The notes under the pieces: model-generated
Databases searched by the model: none
What the model was told of the DNA's origin: nothing
Seen by the model: only the letters and a program-made list of their open reading frames with translations
Virus record (IMG/VR): IMGVR_UViG_3300025015_000027
Coordinates: 3,186 to 67,185 of that record
Direction: 5' to 3' (one strand)
DNA from: a virus
Lineage: Duplodnaviria; Caudoviricetes
Length of the DNA: 64,000 bases
In this document: in pieces, positions 1 through 9,997 of the stretch
How positions within the stretch are numbered: the stretch's first letter is position 1
Layout of the letters: each line of letters opens with the position of its first letter
Position numbers and translations under genes: made by a program

Positions 1-472
1 TGAAAGTTATTGTTGTTCCCCCAACAAGACTTGTCGGTGTAAGAACTCCAGATCCGCCATCTACTACATGAGTTATCAATTTTAACTGCCCACGAACCAC
101 ACCATTTGCCAATGTAATGGCATTGCCTGCGCCCGTACTGGTAAATGCTGTATAATAAGCGGTTACATTAACAGCCCCTGCACCAGATAGGTTTTGCTGT
201 ACGGCTTCCGGAACAAATGGTGCAAAGGTAGAGCTGGGACCAGCGATGGCGCTTCCAGTTAAAACATTAAATGAATTGGAAGTTATGGTAAAATCATCCG
301 CACCGTTAATGGCAATATCAATCTGATCATCTGTCGGGGCAGAGATATGGGTATCCGCATCGGCATCAAGTATTAACGCATTAGCGGTTCCATCTAAATC
401 AATAGTCCCGTTTAAGATGGTTACCCCGTCCACTAATAACCCGGCAGTGGCCGAAAATTGTGTAACAGCCAT
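1..472 (-). CDS. Tail/head fibre-like structural protein, 3' end runs off the window
   Basis: Read manually and absent from the ORF track: ATG at 472, MAVTQFSATAGLLVDGVTILNGTIDLDGTANALILDADADTHISAPTDDQIDIAINGADDF...GQLKLITHVVDGGSGVLTPTSLVGGTTITF, open to base 1. G/A/T-rich beta-type composition like the neighbouring fibres. Confidence 0.7.
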   Translation of the reverse strand, partial: MAVTQFSATAGLLVDGVTILNGTIDLDGTANALILDADADTHISAPTDDQIDIAINGADDFTITSNSFNVLTGSAIAGPSSTFAPFVPEAVQQNLSGAGAVNVTAYYTAFTSTGAGNAITLANGVVRGQLKLITHVVDGGSGVLTPTSLVGGTTITF

Positions 473-496
473 AAATTATTTATTTTAAAAAAGTTA

Positions 497-513
497 GGGG
501 GAATAAATCCCCC
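497..513 (-). terminator. Intrinsic terminator-like hairpin after the 925-aa fibre gene
   Basis: Minus strand GGGGGA-TTTAT-TCCCCC followed by TAACTTTTTT. Confidence 0.5.
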
Positions 514-522
514 ACTGGAAAA

Positions 523-3300
523 TTATCCATTAATTGCTATACCTATTTGAACCCATTGATCCGCTTGCTTAACAAATACAATAGTTGTTCCAGCAGCGCT
601 GACATGGGCTGCAGTTAAACAAAGAGTATCTGCAGCTCCACCCCATGCCGTATCTGTAAATGTAATACCTGCGCCACCACAGATAAGCGTAAGTAACTGA
701 CCTGTTATTCCACCGGTAATTGTTGTGAGTGTTTCTGCGCCAACAGCCGTCAGATAAACCACATTACTGGTAACTGCAATAGTGGTAGCGGCATCTAACG
801 CAACAACCTGAACCGTTGAACCATTTTGCGGAAGTGTAGAACTAATGCTCGGAACGCCAGCCCCCGATGTTACTAATACTCCACTGTTTGCCGTTGCAAT
901 AGAAGAAAGAACATCTGCTGCCGATGTATAAAGAAGCGTATTTGCTCCGCCAAATGTTGAAAGCCCCGTGCCTCCATCTGCTACTGCCAAATCCGTAATA
1001 CCGGTAATAACACCGCTATCAATATTTACGTTCGTCAATGCCTGATTATTAAGATCCTGTGCAGCGCTCCACGTTAATGCACCATCAATAGTAACACCCG
1101 CCATCGTTCCACCATTAATATCCACCGTAGTTACTATTCCTAAATCGGCTATAGTAATACCGGCGAATGTAGCTCCGCGTGAAAACACTGTCAGATCTGC
1201 AGAAGCGTCATATCTTAAAAATTCCACCTGTGCTCCGTTTAATTCCCCGGAGAAAAACATATCTACATCCGCAGTAGCTGCTGTTATATCGGTAATTTGA
1301 ATACCAATCCTGCATCCAATCGCCTGCCCTGTATCATCAGATATTCTGAAATCCACCCATCCCTGGTCATTAATTGCCGGAGTTTCCCTGTCTCTCTGTA
1401 AAATAGCGATTCGTCCTGTGGCAATATCTTCTGTTCCGGTAACGGTTAATACATCATTACTGCCATTACTTGCAAACACCGTTGTAAACACAGCTGTTGA
1501 TGGAGTTGTTGCACCAATAGTCGTTCCATCTATCGCGCCACTATTAATATCAACATTTGTCATTTCATTGTTAGCAAAATCAATTTCAACGGCCCCGTCA
1601 CCCCCTAAGGTTAATTTTCCAGCTATATGTGTAATGGTTACATCACCGTTATTAAAATTGACCACCGAACCACTAGCTAAAAATAAATCAGACCACATCT
1701 CTGCAGCGGTTCCCAATGCCAATCCATCCGGTGTAACCGGAGAAAGAGATGTACCGATAAGTCGTAATTCATTGGCAAATACCCCACCGGATACAACGCC
1801 AAATAATAACTCCCCATCTTCACTCCCATCCGCTATATCAACGGCACCCCACGATATACGTGCATACTCGGTACTATTACTCAAGGAATCATTAAGCTGT
1901 AATGTCATGTAACCAATATCGGCATTGGCGGGAGCTAACCTTTGTCCCCTCAATATTGCCACCTGCACGGCTGCCGCATCGGCATTTTGTGTAATCCTTA
2001 AAACCCCATCCGCTGCGCTGGTTGATACCACCGCTCCGCTGCCATTTGGCAAAAGGGAAATATTGCCATTGGCCCCATCTACGATTTCAATACTTCCAGT
2101 TATGGCGTTTCCCGTCCTGAATATCATATTAAAATCTCCATCCGACTGCACAATACCGGAACTGGCTCCATCTCCTACATTTAGAATGGAATTTGTTCCA
2201 TTATTCCATTGATAAGTAACTTGCTTTAAAACATTATCTGCCAACATATTTATTTGCAATCCCCCATCGGCACCGGCAGCAGCCGCATCTCGTATAGTAA
2301 AAATAAGATTACCCGTGGTCTTCACGGTTCCGGCATCATCTTTTGCCCTGCCCACTATCCTTAAAGCGGTATCACCAGATACTCCAACTGCTGCTCCTGC
2401 CCTGCTATGTGTGCCAGTAATAATCATGCCATCTGCGGCATCGGCAGTATCTAAAAGAGCTAGATTACCGTTTTTGCTAACGTTAAATACGCTGGTTCCG
2501 CCAACTTGTAAATCCATTAATAATGAGGCTGCGTTACTAGCGGTATCGGTTACATTTAAAAACCATCCGGTAAATGTATCGGCAACATCATTCCACGCTA
2601 CCGTATTGGAAATACCAGATTTTGGATCTGTAATTGCACCCTGTGTAATCGTCTGTCCTATATTAAAAGCATTATCTGCCGAATGAACCGCTATATTGCC
2701 GGTGACATCCTGAAAAGATTGAACCCTATCTGCAGTTAAATTAGCAAGATTAAGTCCCATATAGGATGCTTCATCAGGGGCTTTTATCCTTAATACGGTA
2801 GTAGTGCCACCTCCTAGTTCATCAAATTTAATATATCCGACAATAACACCATCTCCTCCACCCTCAATTTCTAATCCGGTAGCAGTTGCGCCAACTAATG
2901 TGCCTTCCCTGTTTAACCTTATTAATTTATCTGTAATGGCAAGATTGGTAGTATCTATTGTAGTTGTTGTTCCATTTACGTCCAGATTGCCAGGAATAAC
3001 CGTTGTGGTATCTGCAGCGCCAATGGTTATGGTAGATGCAGCGGGAACATCCTCCCAAATGGAAAATACCGTTCCAACAGCGTGGGTTGTTATGGTATCG
3101 GACAACTCCAATTCCTTGTCATCGTCAATAACAACAGCAGAACCGGTTGCTTCAAATCCCAAGACATTAGAAAATAAATTACCAAGAGATATCTTGTAAT
3201 TTTTAGCCCCTCTGGTTGTTTGTCTTGTAACTCCTAAATAAAATCCTCCACCAGATTGAATATCATCAATAGATGGAAGTCCAAGTACGCCATTAATCAT
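523..3300 (-). CDS. Long tail fibre protein
   Basis: 925 aa, G/T/A/D-rich, with fibre-type repeats (NVDINSGAIDGTTIG, ITDLAVADGGTG) and a C-terminal beta-sandwich-like tip. Lies in the tail module. Confidence 0.75.
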   Translation of the reverse strand: MINGVLGLPSIDDIQSGGGFYLGVTRQTTRGAKNYKISLGNLFSNVLGFEATGSAVVIDDDKELELSDTITTHAVGTVFSIWEDVPAASTITIGAADTTTVIPGNLDVNGTTTTIDTTNLAITDKLIRLNREGTLVGATATGLEIEGGGDGVIVGYIKFDELGGGTTTVLRIKAPDEASYMGLNLANLTADRVQSFQDVTGNIAVHSADNAFNIGQTITQGAITDPKSGISNTVAWNDVADTFTGWFLNVTDTASNAASLLMDLQVGGTSVFNVSKNGNLALLDTADAADGMIITGTHSRAGAAVGVSGDTALRIVGRAKDDAGTVKTTGNLIFTIRDAAAAGADGGLQINMLADNVLKQVTYQWNNGTNSILNVGDGASSGIVQSDGDFNMIFRTGNAITGSIEIVDGANGNISLLPNGSGAVVSTSAADGVLRITQNADAAAVQVAILRGQRLAPANADIGYMTLQLNDSLSNSTEYARISWGAVDIADGSEDGELLFGVVSGGVFANELRLIGTSLSPVTPDGLALGTAAEMWSDLFLASGSVVNFNNGDVTITHIAGKLTLGGDGAVEIDFANNEMTNVDINSGAIDGTTIGATTPSTAVFTTVFASNGSNDVLTVTGTEDIATGRIAILQRDRETPAINDQGWVDFRISDDTGQAIGCRIGIQITDITAATADVDMFFSGELNGAQVEFLRYDASADLTVFSRGATFAGITIADLGIVTTVDINGGTMAGVTIDGALTWSAAQDLNNQALTNVNIDSGVITGITDLAVADGGTGLSTFGGANTLLYTSAADVLSSIATANSGVLVTSGAGVPSISSTLPQNGSTVQVVALDAATTIAVTSNVVYLTAVGAETLTTITGGITGQLLTLICGGAGITFTDTAWGGAADTLCLTAAHVSAAGTTIVFVKQADQWVQIGIAING

Positions 3301-3335
3301 TGTAATAAAAATTAAAAGGTTAATAAATCAAGATG

Positions 3336-3343
3336 CAAATATA
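3336..3343 (-). promoter_or_regulatory. Bacteroidota sigma-A -7 promoter element
   Basis: TATATTTG (TAnnTTTG consensus) about 36 bp upstream of the ATG at 3300. Confidence 0.55.
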
Positions 3344-3366
3344 CAAAAAAAACAAATACCCAATAT

Positions 3367-3765
3367 TTAAAAGTTATTAATATCCTTATTCGTTTCAAAT
3401 ACTTCCTTCACCCTACCAACTATTAACGGTAAGATGTAAATTTTCTCAACGCGCTCCTGAATAAACGCTAATTCTTTCAGGGTGAAATCCGGTTCTTCGC
3501 CTGAAAAAACCTTTTTCGTGATTTGATACATCTGCACCTTTTGTTCAACAGTTAATTTCTCACCCTCCTCTTGCGAATTTAATGCTGTAAAAAAAACATC
3601 TCTAAAGGTCAATGGCGCAGATAAAAGCAATTTGAGTTTTTGTAAAATGTCTTCTTTTTGGCCTTTTTCTATTGATTGAATAAGGGAGGCAGTAATAATA
3701 ATTGTTCCCTGTTGAAATGACTTGCCCTCGTAATCAAGAATTGGCTCCGTGAGTTTTATTTTCAT
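3367..3765 (-). CDS. Putative tail-fibre assembly chaperone
   Basis: 132-aa helical, charged protein directly downstream of a fibre gene, a position typical of fibre chaperones. Function inferred. Confidence 0.45.
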   Translation of the reverse strand: MKIKLTEPILDYEGKSFQQGTIIITASLIQSIEKGQKEDILQKLKLLLSAPLTFRDVFFTALNSQEEGEKLTVEQKVQMYQITKKVFSGEEPDFTLKELAFIQERVEKIYILPLIVGRVKEVFETNKDINNF

Positions 3766-3836
3766 AAGTTATAATTTTCATCAATATATTTTTGTGCTTC
3801 AGTTATTAACAGGTTTTCTGTTTTATTCAAATCCAT
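3762..3836 (-). CDS. Possible 24-aa micro-ORF (MDLNKTENLLITEAQKYIDENYNL)
   Basis: Its TGA overlaps the ATG of the next gene (ATGA), suggesting translational coupling. Confidence 0.3.
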   Translation of the reverse strand: MDLNKTENLLITEAQKYIDENYNL

Positions 3837-3874
3837 AACATCAAAAAATATTATTTCTATACAAAAGATAATAA

Positions 3875-5962
3875 TTATACAATACTCGTTATTATTCCGT
3901 CTTTTGCCGTAATTGTCTTTCCGTCCACTGTCGTCCACGTGCCTGATACTCCAGCACTGCCATCGGCTGATTTATAACCATTTGATTGAAGATAAGAACC
4001 ATCATATAACAGTGTTGAATAATCTAACAATCGCCCATTGGTTGTTGCGACAGGAATTCTACCTAATATTAAATTCGTTCCATTGTTTAAAATAATTCCT
4101 TTCCTCGCAGCCCCCGTTGTAATCGTAAAAAACAAATCATCGGTTGTAAATTCAATCGCCCCCGCTTCTGCTACTGTTAGTGAAGTTCCGGACGTTAATT
4201 TTAAAGGAGATGTACTTGCCGTGGCAGTTCCCGCTTTTAAATGAAAATAAGCTGTTCCACTTGCACCCGTATTTGATAAATTCCCGCCATTTTCAATCCG
4301 CCACCTTTCAGTTGGACCGGCAACAGCAGTTGCTGTTCTAAATTCTATCCTGCCTGGAATATATGTTGCTCCTGCAACTCCGTCTTGAATTCCGTAAATA
4401 TAGGCGCCATAAGCGATTATATTTGCCGAATTAATTCCTGAAAATATTATTATTCCCAATGCTTCGCCATTTGCAGTAACGGTCTTTGTTCCAATAGTTG
4501 CAGAACTTGATTTTTGAAATATGAGTCCGGGAGAATGACCATCCGTTGCAGAGAATGATGCTATTTCACAATAGGTTGAGGAACTGCCACCTGCGAATTG
4601 TAACTTAATATTTGCGGCAGAAGAAGTTGTACGTCCAATTAAAAATTCGCCCGTTGATAAAAATCTCGCCACATTCGTTGTTGAACCGATGTTGAATATT
4701 ATGTTTCCGGTTGTTGCCGTTGAATTTGCGTACAGCGTCAATGCTCCTCCCGCGGAACTGCTTCCGTATATGACGGGACAGGTTAATGAAGTTGTAAGCG
4801 TTGGAGAAGCCGACCACGCAGGCGCAACGCCAACCCCACCCGATATTAAAACACTCCCTGTCGCTACATCGGCAAGTTTTGAAAGTGTTGTCACTGCGGA
4901 AGCATAGAGCAGGTCTCCAACAGCATAAAATGACTGACCATTACCGCCATAGGCAGCCCCTAAAGGAGTAGTTATTGAAGCAATCGTCCCAAGTCGTGTA
5001 ATATTATCCTGAACGGCATCCGGTAACGTAGAAGCGATTGATGGCACACCTGCACCGGAAGTTATTAATATCCCATTATTAGCCGTTGCAAGTCCCTGAA
5101 CGACATTCGCTCCATTAGAATATAGGATTTCACTTGCAGCATAGGTGTCTGCAAAGGTTGCCGTTGAATAAAGTAAGTCGGTGCCATCACTGCGTAATAT
5201 TTTACCGCTTGTACCTAATGCCAAAGCACTCCACTTAGGCGTTAAATTGCCAGTTATAATAGAACCCCTGAGAACACCAGCCGCTAATGTATCTGAATGT
5301 GTTACTGAAAGTAAATCATGGGGAGTAACCGAAGTTAAATATCCTGAATCATTTACAAATTGACTTATGTTCATGGATACAAATTCCGCCTTTAGTCCAT
5401 TTGCATCAGGAACTGTCAGATTGATAGTTGCAGAGTTTTGCTTTTTTATAATCGCGGAGATTATGTTTCCAGCGTCATCATAGGTGAAATCAATGGAATT
5501 GGTATCTGTCAGTATCCCTCCGATGGCATCCTGCGCCATCTCATCTGTATATTGGGTTATTGTGCATGCTAACGTCAGTGCCGCCAACGATAACCCGGCG
5601 CCAACACTTATCTCCTCTGTATCTCCAGCCAATGCCGTTGTACGTCCCAATAGACGTAATGTGTTGATGTTTTGGAACTTGGCAAAGGTTATGGCATCAT
5701 TTGTAATCGTTAATGTTCCTGCTGCATCCATGGCAGCATCACCAACGATGGTTTTATATACGGAGTTAGCGCCTGTTTGCCCTATTATTAATTGCCCATC
5801 TGTTCCTCCACTTAAAAGGGGAACCATCGCCGGAGTAAAAAGGTCGCCATAGGTTATTCTATATAATTTTTCACCACCGGAGACAATTTTGGATAATAAA
5901 AAATTATAATCTTCCCATCCTTTTACCTTTTTTATCCTTGGAAATTCACTGATGTTCAGCAT
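3875..5962 (-). CDS. Tail fibre protein
   Basis: 695 aa, G/A/T/S-rich. Ends in the common fibre motif GVSGTWTTVDGKTITAKDGIITSI and shares a module with the 925-aa fibre. Confidence 0.75.
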   Translation of the reverse strand: MLNISEFPRIKKVKGWEDYNFLLSKIVSGGEKLYRITYGDLFTPAMVPLLSGGTDGQLIIGQTGANSVYKTIVGDAAMDAAGTLTITNDAITFAKFQNINTLRLLGRTTALAGDTEEISVGAGLSLAALTLACTITQYTDEMAQDAIGGILTDTNSIDFTYDDAGNIISAIIKKQNSATINLTVPDANGLKAEFVSMNISQFVNDSGYLTSVTPHDLLSVTHSDTLAAGVLRGSIITGNLTPKWSALALGTSGKILRSDGTDLLYSTATFADTYAASEILYSNGANVVQGLATANNGILITSGAGVPSIASTLPDAVQDNITRLGTIASITTPLGAAYGGNGQSFYAVGDLLYASAVTTLSKLADVATGSVLISGGVGVAPAWSASPTLTTSLTCPVIYGSSSAGGALTLYANSTATTGNIIFNIGSTTNVARFLSTGEFLIGRTTSSAANIKLQFAGGSSSTYCEIASFSATDGHSPGLIFQKSSSATIGTKTVTANGEALGIIIFSGINSANIIAYGAYIYGIQDGVAGATYIPGRIEFRTATAVAGPTERWRIENGGNLSNTGASGTAYFHLKAGTATASTSPLKLTSGTSLTVAEAGAIEFTTDDLFFTITTGAARKGIILNNGTNLILGRIPVATTNGRLLDYSTLLYDGSYLQSNGYKSADGSAGVSGTWTTVDGKTITAKDGIITSIV

Positions 5963-6179
5963 TTTTCTCGGTAAATAAATTAGTAATCACGTTACTTATG
6001 ACCATCAAAAAAGCAAATCCGCAGTTGAGCCATGCCTTCATGTTATCGTCCACCGGTAATCCCATAACGGCAGGCGTCATGCCGGCACAAGTAATGGCAA
6101 TAATCATCCCAATAACCTTCCATTTAAGCGGTGTGGGTTCTTTGAAATTCTTATATCCTTTTTGAATTGTATTAATCAT
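5946..6179 (-). CDS. Putative holin (two transmembrane helices)
   Basis: Probable start is the ATG at 6179 (MINTIQKG...). Two hydrophobic stretches (VIGMIIAITCAGMTPAVMGL; AWLNCGFAFLMVISNVITNLF) and a TAnnTTTG promoter just upstream. Confidence 0.5.
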   Translation of the reverse strand: MINTIQKGYKNFKEPTPLKWKVIGMIIAITCAGMTPAVMGLPVDDNMKAWLNCGFAFLMVISNVITNLFTEKNAEHQ

Positions 6180-6233
6180 AAAATCATAAATAAACCCTAT
6201 ATTCAGAAAATAAGATATTTCATATTTATTTGA

Positions 6234-6241
6234 CAAAGATA
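6234..6241 (-). promoter_or_regulatory. Bacteroidota sigma-A -7 promoter element
   Basis: TATCTTTG about 55 bp upstream of the holin-like gene. Confidence 0.55.
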
Positions 6242-6312
6242 CATTTTATACAGAATCTAATATCTTTAATGATTTAATGTTTTTCCTCATTATTACAAAA
6301 ATAATATCATGT

Positions 6313-6843
6313 TTATTGTCCCATTGTCCCATGCCACTGACCTGTTATTGCTAATCCTGTTCCAATTATAATAAATGTTATATCATAATAATTATCACTT
6401 ATTGCCGATATATTTCCTTTCCATCCATTATCACCGGCATTTGCTATATCAATACAAAAAGTAATACGGGAATAGGAACCAAGAGCACCTTGATTTCCAT
6501 GTATGTTTTCATTTATCCCATCACTTATCCCTTTTGTAAAAAATGTTGAATAAGTAGGCGTTCCTCCACCAAAAACCAATCCTTGCCATAACTTTAATTT
6601 TTTTGTTGTAGAAATTCGTAAAGTAGGGTTCGCTCCCGGATTAGTAAGCGTTCCACCAGTTGCCGTCAATCCATCTTCCGAAAGAGTAAATACACCGGAT
6701 TCAATAGTTGAAAAATATGATGCAACAATTTTCCAACTCATTTTATACATATTATTCCCTATATCCCCAAACATAAACCATATATTATTTCCTAAATTGG
6801 AGATAGTATCCAATATTTTTAATGATTTTATATTAGTTCTCAT
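6313..6843 (-). CDS. Hypothetical tail-region protein
   Basis: 176 aa, beta-rich. ATG overlaps the upstream stop. Confidence 0.55.
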   Translation of the reverse strand: MRTNIKSLKILDTISNLGNNIWFMFGDIGNNMYKMSWKIVASYFSTIESGVFTLSEDGLTATGGTLTNPGANPTLRISTTKKLKLWQGLVFGGGTPTYSTFFTKGISDGINENIHGNQGALGSYSRITFCIDIANAGDNGWKGNISAISDNYYDITFIIIGTGLAITGQWHGTMGQ

Positions 6844-7070
6844 TTTTTAAAGAATTTACGTGTTTGTCCATAAATGGTTATACTTATAACAGCAAGCGTT
6901 CCTATCCATACCAATACCTGTAAACCCTCCATCAATATCGGCGGAATATGATATGTCCAAAATAAATACCATTTGAACATGCTCGGAATATACCCGGCAA
7001 TGGCGCCGCCAACAGACGTGGATGCTCCCACTACCGGCCTATTCATTAATATGCAAAATAATGTGTTCAT
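6840..7070 (-). CDS. Small membrane protein (holin-like)
   Basis: 76 aa with hydrophobic segments and a basic C-terminus (RKFFKK). Confidence 0.45.
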   Translation of the reverse strand: MNTLFCILMNRPVVGASTSVGGAIAGYIPSMFKWYLFWTYHIPPILMEGLQVLVWIGTLAVISITIYGQTRKFFKK

Positions 7071-7071
7071 A

Positions 7072-8550
7072 TTAATTGGATATGCGTTTTATTATTATTC
7101 TCGTAACATTTATCCCGGAATTATAATTTAACCCGCCGCCACTGTTTTGCCATGTATGAAAATCATAAGCTATCCCGGCACTCATAACGACAATACAGTT
7201 AAGGGTATATCTGTTTCCGTTGGCACCAGTGGTGACCGCAGGTGTTACAAAATCCTGTGCGGCTATAACACTTGCTCCCTGTTTAACTCTAATGGAAATA
7301 CCATGTGAAGCAACAAAGTCCACTCCAACCTGTAAAGAAATATGATATACACCGTTATATTCAGGGGTAAACGTATATGCAACGCCATCATATTGTGAAA
7401 ATGGATTATATCCAGCATATTGAGAGCCGATAGTTAATTGTGTTTCTGCAATATTGGCGACATTTTGTACTCCGCCAAGGTTAAAGATTGTCGTATTATG
7501 TGCATTGGCATAGTCATCATTTCCGACAACCACCCACGCATTTCCCCTTGGTATAAGGGTGATGCTTGAGTATTCTTTATTGATCACCAGCTGTGTAGCG
7601 CCATTGATGGTGTTTCCACCTGAAGTGGCAATGGTGATATTATTGCCATCCGCCCCGCCATCTATGTCGGCAAGAACAATCCTGTATTTTTGAACCAATG
7701 TAGCCGCTATAGTGACAATGGCCGGCAATGTAGCGGTAATTGCTGCCGCACTGGTATGCAGGAAAAATGTCTTTGGATCCGTTGCGGTAATAGCAAAACT
7801 GGCATTCTTTTCTTCTTCGTTATATGGAATGGTATCCAACAGTTCTCCAACCCTCAATGGTGTGAGCACCCTTGTGTTGTCGGTAAATGCCAACATCTCG
7901 ACACTGGTGGCTATCTCGGCTCTGCCACTTATCGTTTCCGATGCGGGCTGTACAAGATTAGAAATTATATTCCAGTTAGTTGAAAGCTGTGCTGGCACAC
8001 TCACCAGTGCCACTAATATATCCCCTACCCTTACCGTAACCGTTACGGCATCAGAAGATATTATACTCCCCGCCGCAGATATCCTCCATTCTTGTCCACG
8101 CACTATTGCAGCCCCGTTCCACGTTGTAGGAAAGGTTGTCCCCACCGGGTTATAATCCTCTGTATAGGTGGCTTTAAATGCATCCTGGTCATCAACATAT
8201 TTTTTTCTGGAGGCATGATTGTCGGTGGTAGGACTTGCCGCAGGAAGCGTCAATGCCCCCGTCATGGTATCTCCGGTTTTTAATACCCTTAATAAGTCAT
8301 TGGAATTCCTCGTAACGGCTTCTGCATTGATGTTGTTTTGCAGTGTAACGTCCTGTGTAGCCCTTGTGATTGCCTCATTACTAATATTGGTAGTAAGAAC
8401 TACGTCGGCAGCCTCACGGTCGGACTTCTCCTTGGCAACCACTTGAAGACGGGTCTCTTTTTTGGTAACGCCACCCTGATCAACAACTACTGCATCGGTA
8501 TCCACCGGTGTAACAACGGCCGGTAAATTTGGTATTAATATGTAAGCCAT
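7072..8550 (-). CDS. Tail fibre/receptor-binding protein with C1q-like C-terminal domain
   Basis: N-terminal fibre anchor (IPNLPAVVTPVDTD...KKET), motif KTGDTMTGALTL, T4-fibre-type repeat ASETISGRAEIATSVEM...TDNTRVLTP, and C1q-like tip (FTPEYNGVYHISLQV). Confidence 0.7.
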   Translation of the reverse strand: MAYILIPNLPAVVTPVDTDAVVVDQGGVTKKETRLQVVAKEKSDREAADVVLTTNISNEAITRATQDVTLQNNINAEAVTRNSNDLLRVLKTGDTMTGALTLPAASPTTDNHASRKKYVDDQDAFKATYTEDYNPVGTTFPTTWNGAAIVRGQEWRISAAGSIISSDAVTVTVRVGDILVALVSVPAQLSTNWNIISNLVQPASETISGRAEIATSVEMLAFTDNTRVLTPLRVGELLDTIPYNEEEKNASFAITATDPKTFFLHTSAAAITATLPAIVTIAATLVQKYRIVLADIDGGADGNNITIATSGGNTINGATQLVINKEYSSITLIPRGNAWVVVGNDDYANAHNTTIFNLGGVQNVANIAETQLTIGSQYAGYNPFSQYDGVAYTFTPEYNGVYHISLQVGVDFVASHGISIRVKQGASVIAAQDFVTPAVTTGANGNRYTLNCIVVMSAGIAYDFHTWQNSGGGLNYNSGINVTRIIIKRISN

Positions 8551-8552
8551 AA

Positions 8553-9473
8553 TTAGATTGTTTCCTGAGATTCTCCTTGCTCTGATTTAACCATTAAACT
8601 ATACCCTTGTGACGGAACCATTGGATTAATTGTTACAGATGTAACAATTTCATTGTTTAAGTCATCTGTTAAAAATGTCTTTTCTCCAGTTCTTCCTATT
8701 CTGGCCCCTATGTTACCTGTTCCATCAGTCCCAGTCCCAACGACAATTCCTCCGCCCGTACCGGCCACTGATGGCCCACGTCCAGGCCCCGTAGGTACAG
8801 GCCCTATATCATCAAAAATACCCCCAGGCGTAACCAATGGCTGGGTATATGTCTTATTATATGAACTAAAACAAAGACCTGTATTTTCAGATATGTATTG
8901 AAATAAGGCATCCATCTTGTCTTCATCCAGACACATATCGTCTTCATCCTGTTCGTCCACACCACCCTGCATGTTGCTCACAACATTAAAGGTGATAGTC
9001 CCCGTAGTTCCTTTTGTTATTAAAAATCCATTGGGGGCATCACCCGTCCCCATCATCGCATATACGTTTACTATTCCGCTGCCAACGATGGGAAAGGCTG
9101 CATAATCTGGAACACCTACATAGTTATTTATATTGGTGGCTATACTCCCGGCAACCTGCGATACCGACGTCATCCCGGTTGTATCTATAATCCCACTGGT
9201 TATTAATGCTCCATTAACCCTTATCCATTGTATCGTTGCTCCGGCAGTGAAAGAAACCACTTCCACCTGTCCCCATGATTGTGTTTCCGCCCTTTGAACA
9301 CTCGCCATCAGCGTTCTTAGCATGGTATCCAATAACACAAATTTGCGAATATCTTTTTCGCAACGATCACCACTCTCAATGCGTGTGATAATATCATCTG
9401 CAAATAATGATAAATAGTATGCCACATATTGAGAACGGTATAATTTGTCTTCTCTGGTTATCGTTAGTGCCAT
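8553..9473 (-). CDS. Putative tail hub/structural protein
   Basis: 306 aa, in the position of crAss tail hub genes. Assignment mostly positional. Confidence 0.45.
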   Translation of the reverse strand: MALTITREDKLYRSQYVAYYLSLFADDIITRIESGDRCEKDIRKFVLLDTMLRTLMASVQRAETQSWGQVEVVSFTAGATIQWIRVNGALITSGIIDTTGMTSVSQVAGSIATNINNYVGVPDYAAFPIVGSGIVNVYAMMGTGDAPNGFLITKGTTGTITFNVVSNMQGGVDEQDEDDMCLDEDKMDALFQYISENTGLCFSSYNKTYTQPLVTPGGIFDDIGPVPTGPGRGPSVAGTGGGIVVGTGTDGTGNIGARIGRTGEKTFLTDDLNNEIVTSVTINPMVPSQGYSLMVKSEQGESQETI

Positions 9474-9976
9474 TATCCTTGAATAACTACATAGAAATCA
9501 ACAGGATCTCCACAAAGTTGAAGAGCCCTGTTAAATACATTATTTCCAATATTTAAAATTATGTCAGTAGCCGTATATGCCACTTCAGCAGCTTCTATCC
9601 TATTCGTTAAATCCCACCAAGTGCCTCCAACAACACCAGCAGATACGGCATACAATCTGAGACTAGCCATAAACATACCCACATCTGCAAAAATATTTGT
9701 TTCAAATAATCCCGTATCTCCATTGTAAGCATAAATGCTTAAATTGGCACTTGTAAAATCGGCCAAGGGAATCGTTAAGATAAGCGACCCAGGGTACGTT
9801 AGTTTGTAATATAACCGTTTAATGGAATTAAGAGATCCAATGCCCTGTAATCCCTGGGGTCCGGTAAGTCCAACACTTCCCGTATCTCCCTTGTCTCCCT
9901 TTGCCACGGGCATCATCAATGTGTCTATCCCACATCCACATGCCGTTAAATTTGAACCACAACTTGAACACGCCAT
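9473..9976 (-). CDS. Structural protein with Cys-rich N-terminus and short collagen-like repeat
   Basis: MACSSCGSNLTACGC followed by G-X-Y repeats GDKGDTGSVGLTGPQGLQG. Confidence 0.65.
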   Translation of the reverse strand: MACSSCGSNLTACGCGIDTLMMPVAKGDKGDTGSVGLTGPQGLQGIGSLNSIKRLYYKLTYPGSLILTIPLADFTSANLSIYAYNGDTGLFETNIFADVGMFMASLRLYAVSAGVVGGTWWDLTNRIEAAEVAYTATDIILNIGNNVFNRALQLCGDPVDFYVVIQG

Positions 9977-9997
9977 AACTATTTGATTTTTTAGTTT

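Noticed and set aside
1-9500. Diversity-generating retroelement targeting the tail fibres
   Set aside because: No reverse transcriptase and no template/variable repeat pair differing at adenines was seen in the window.
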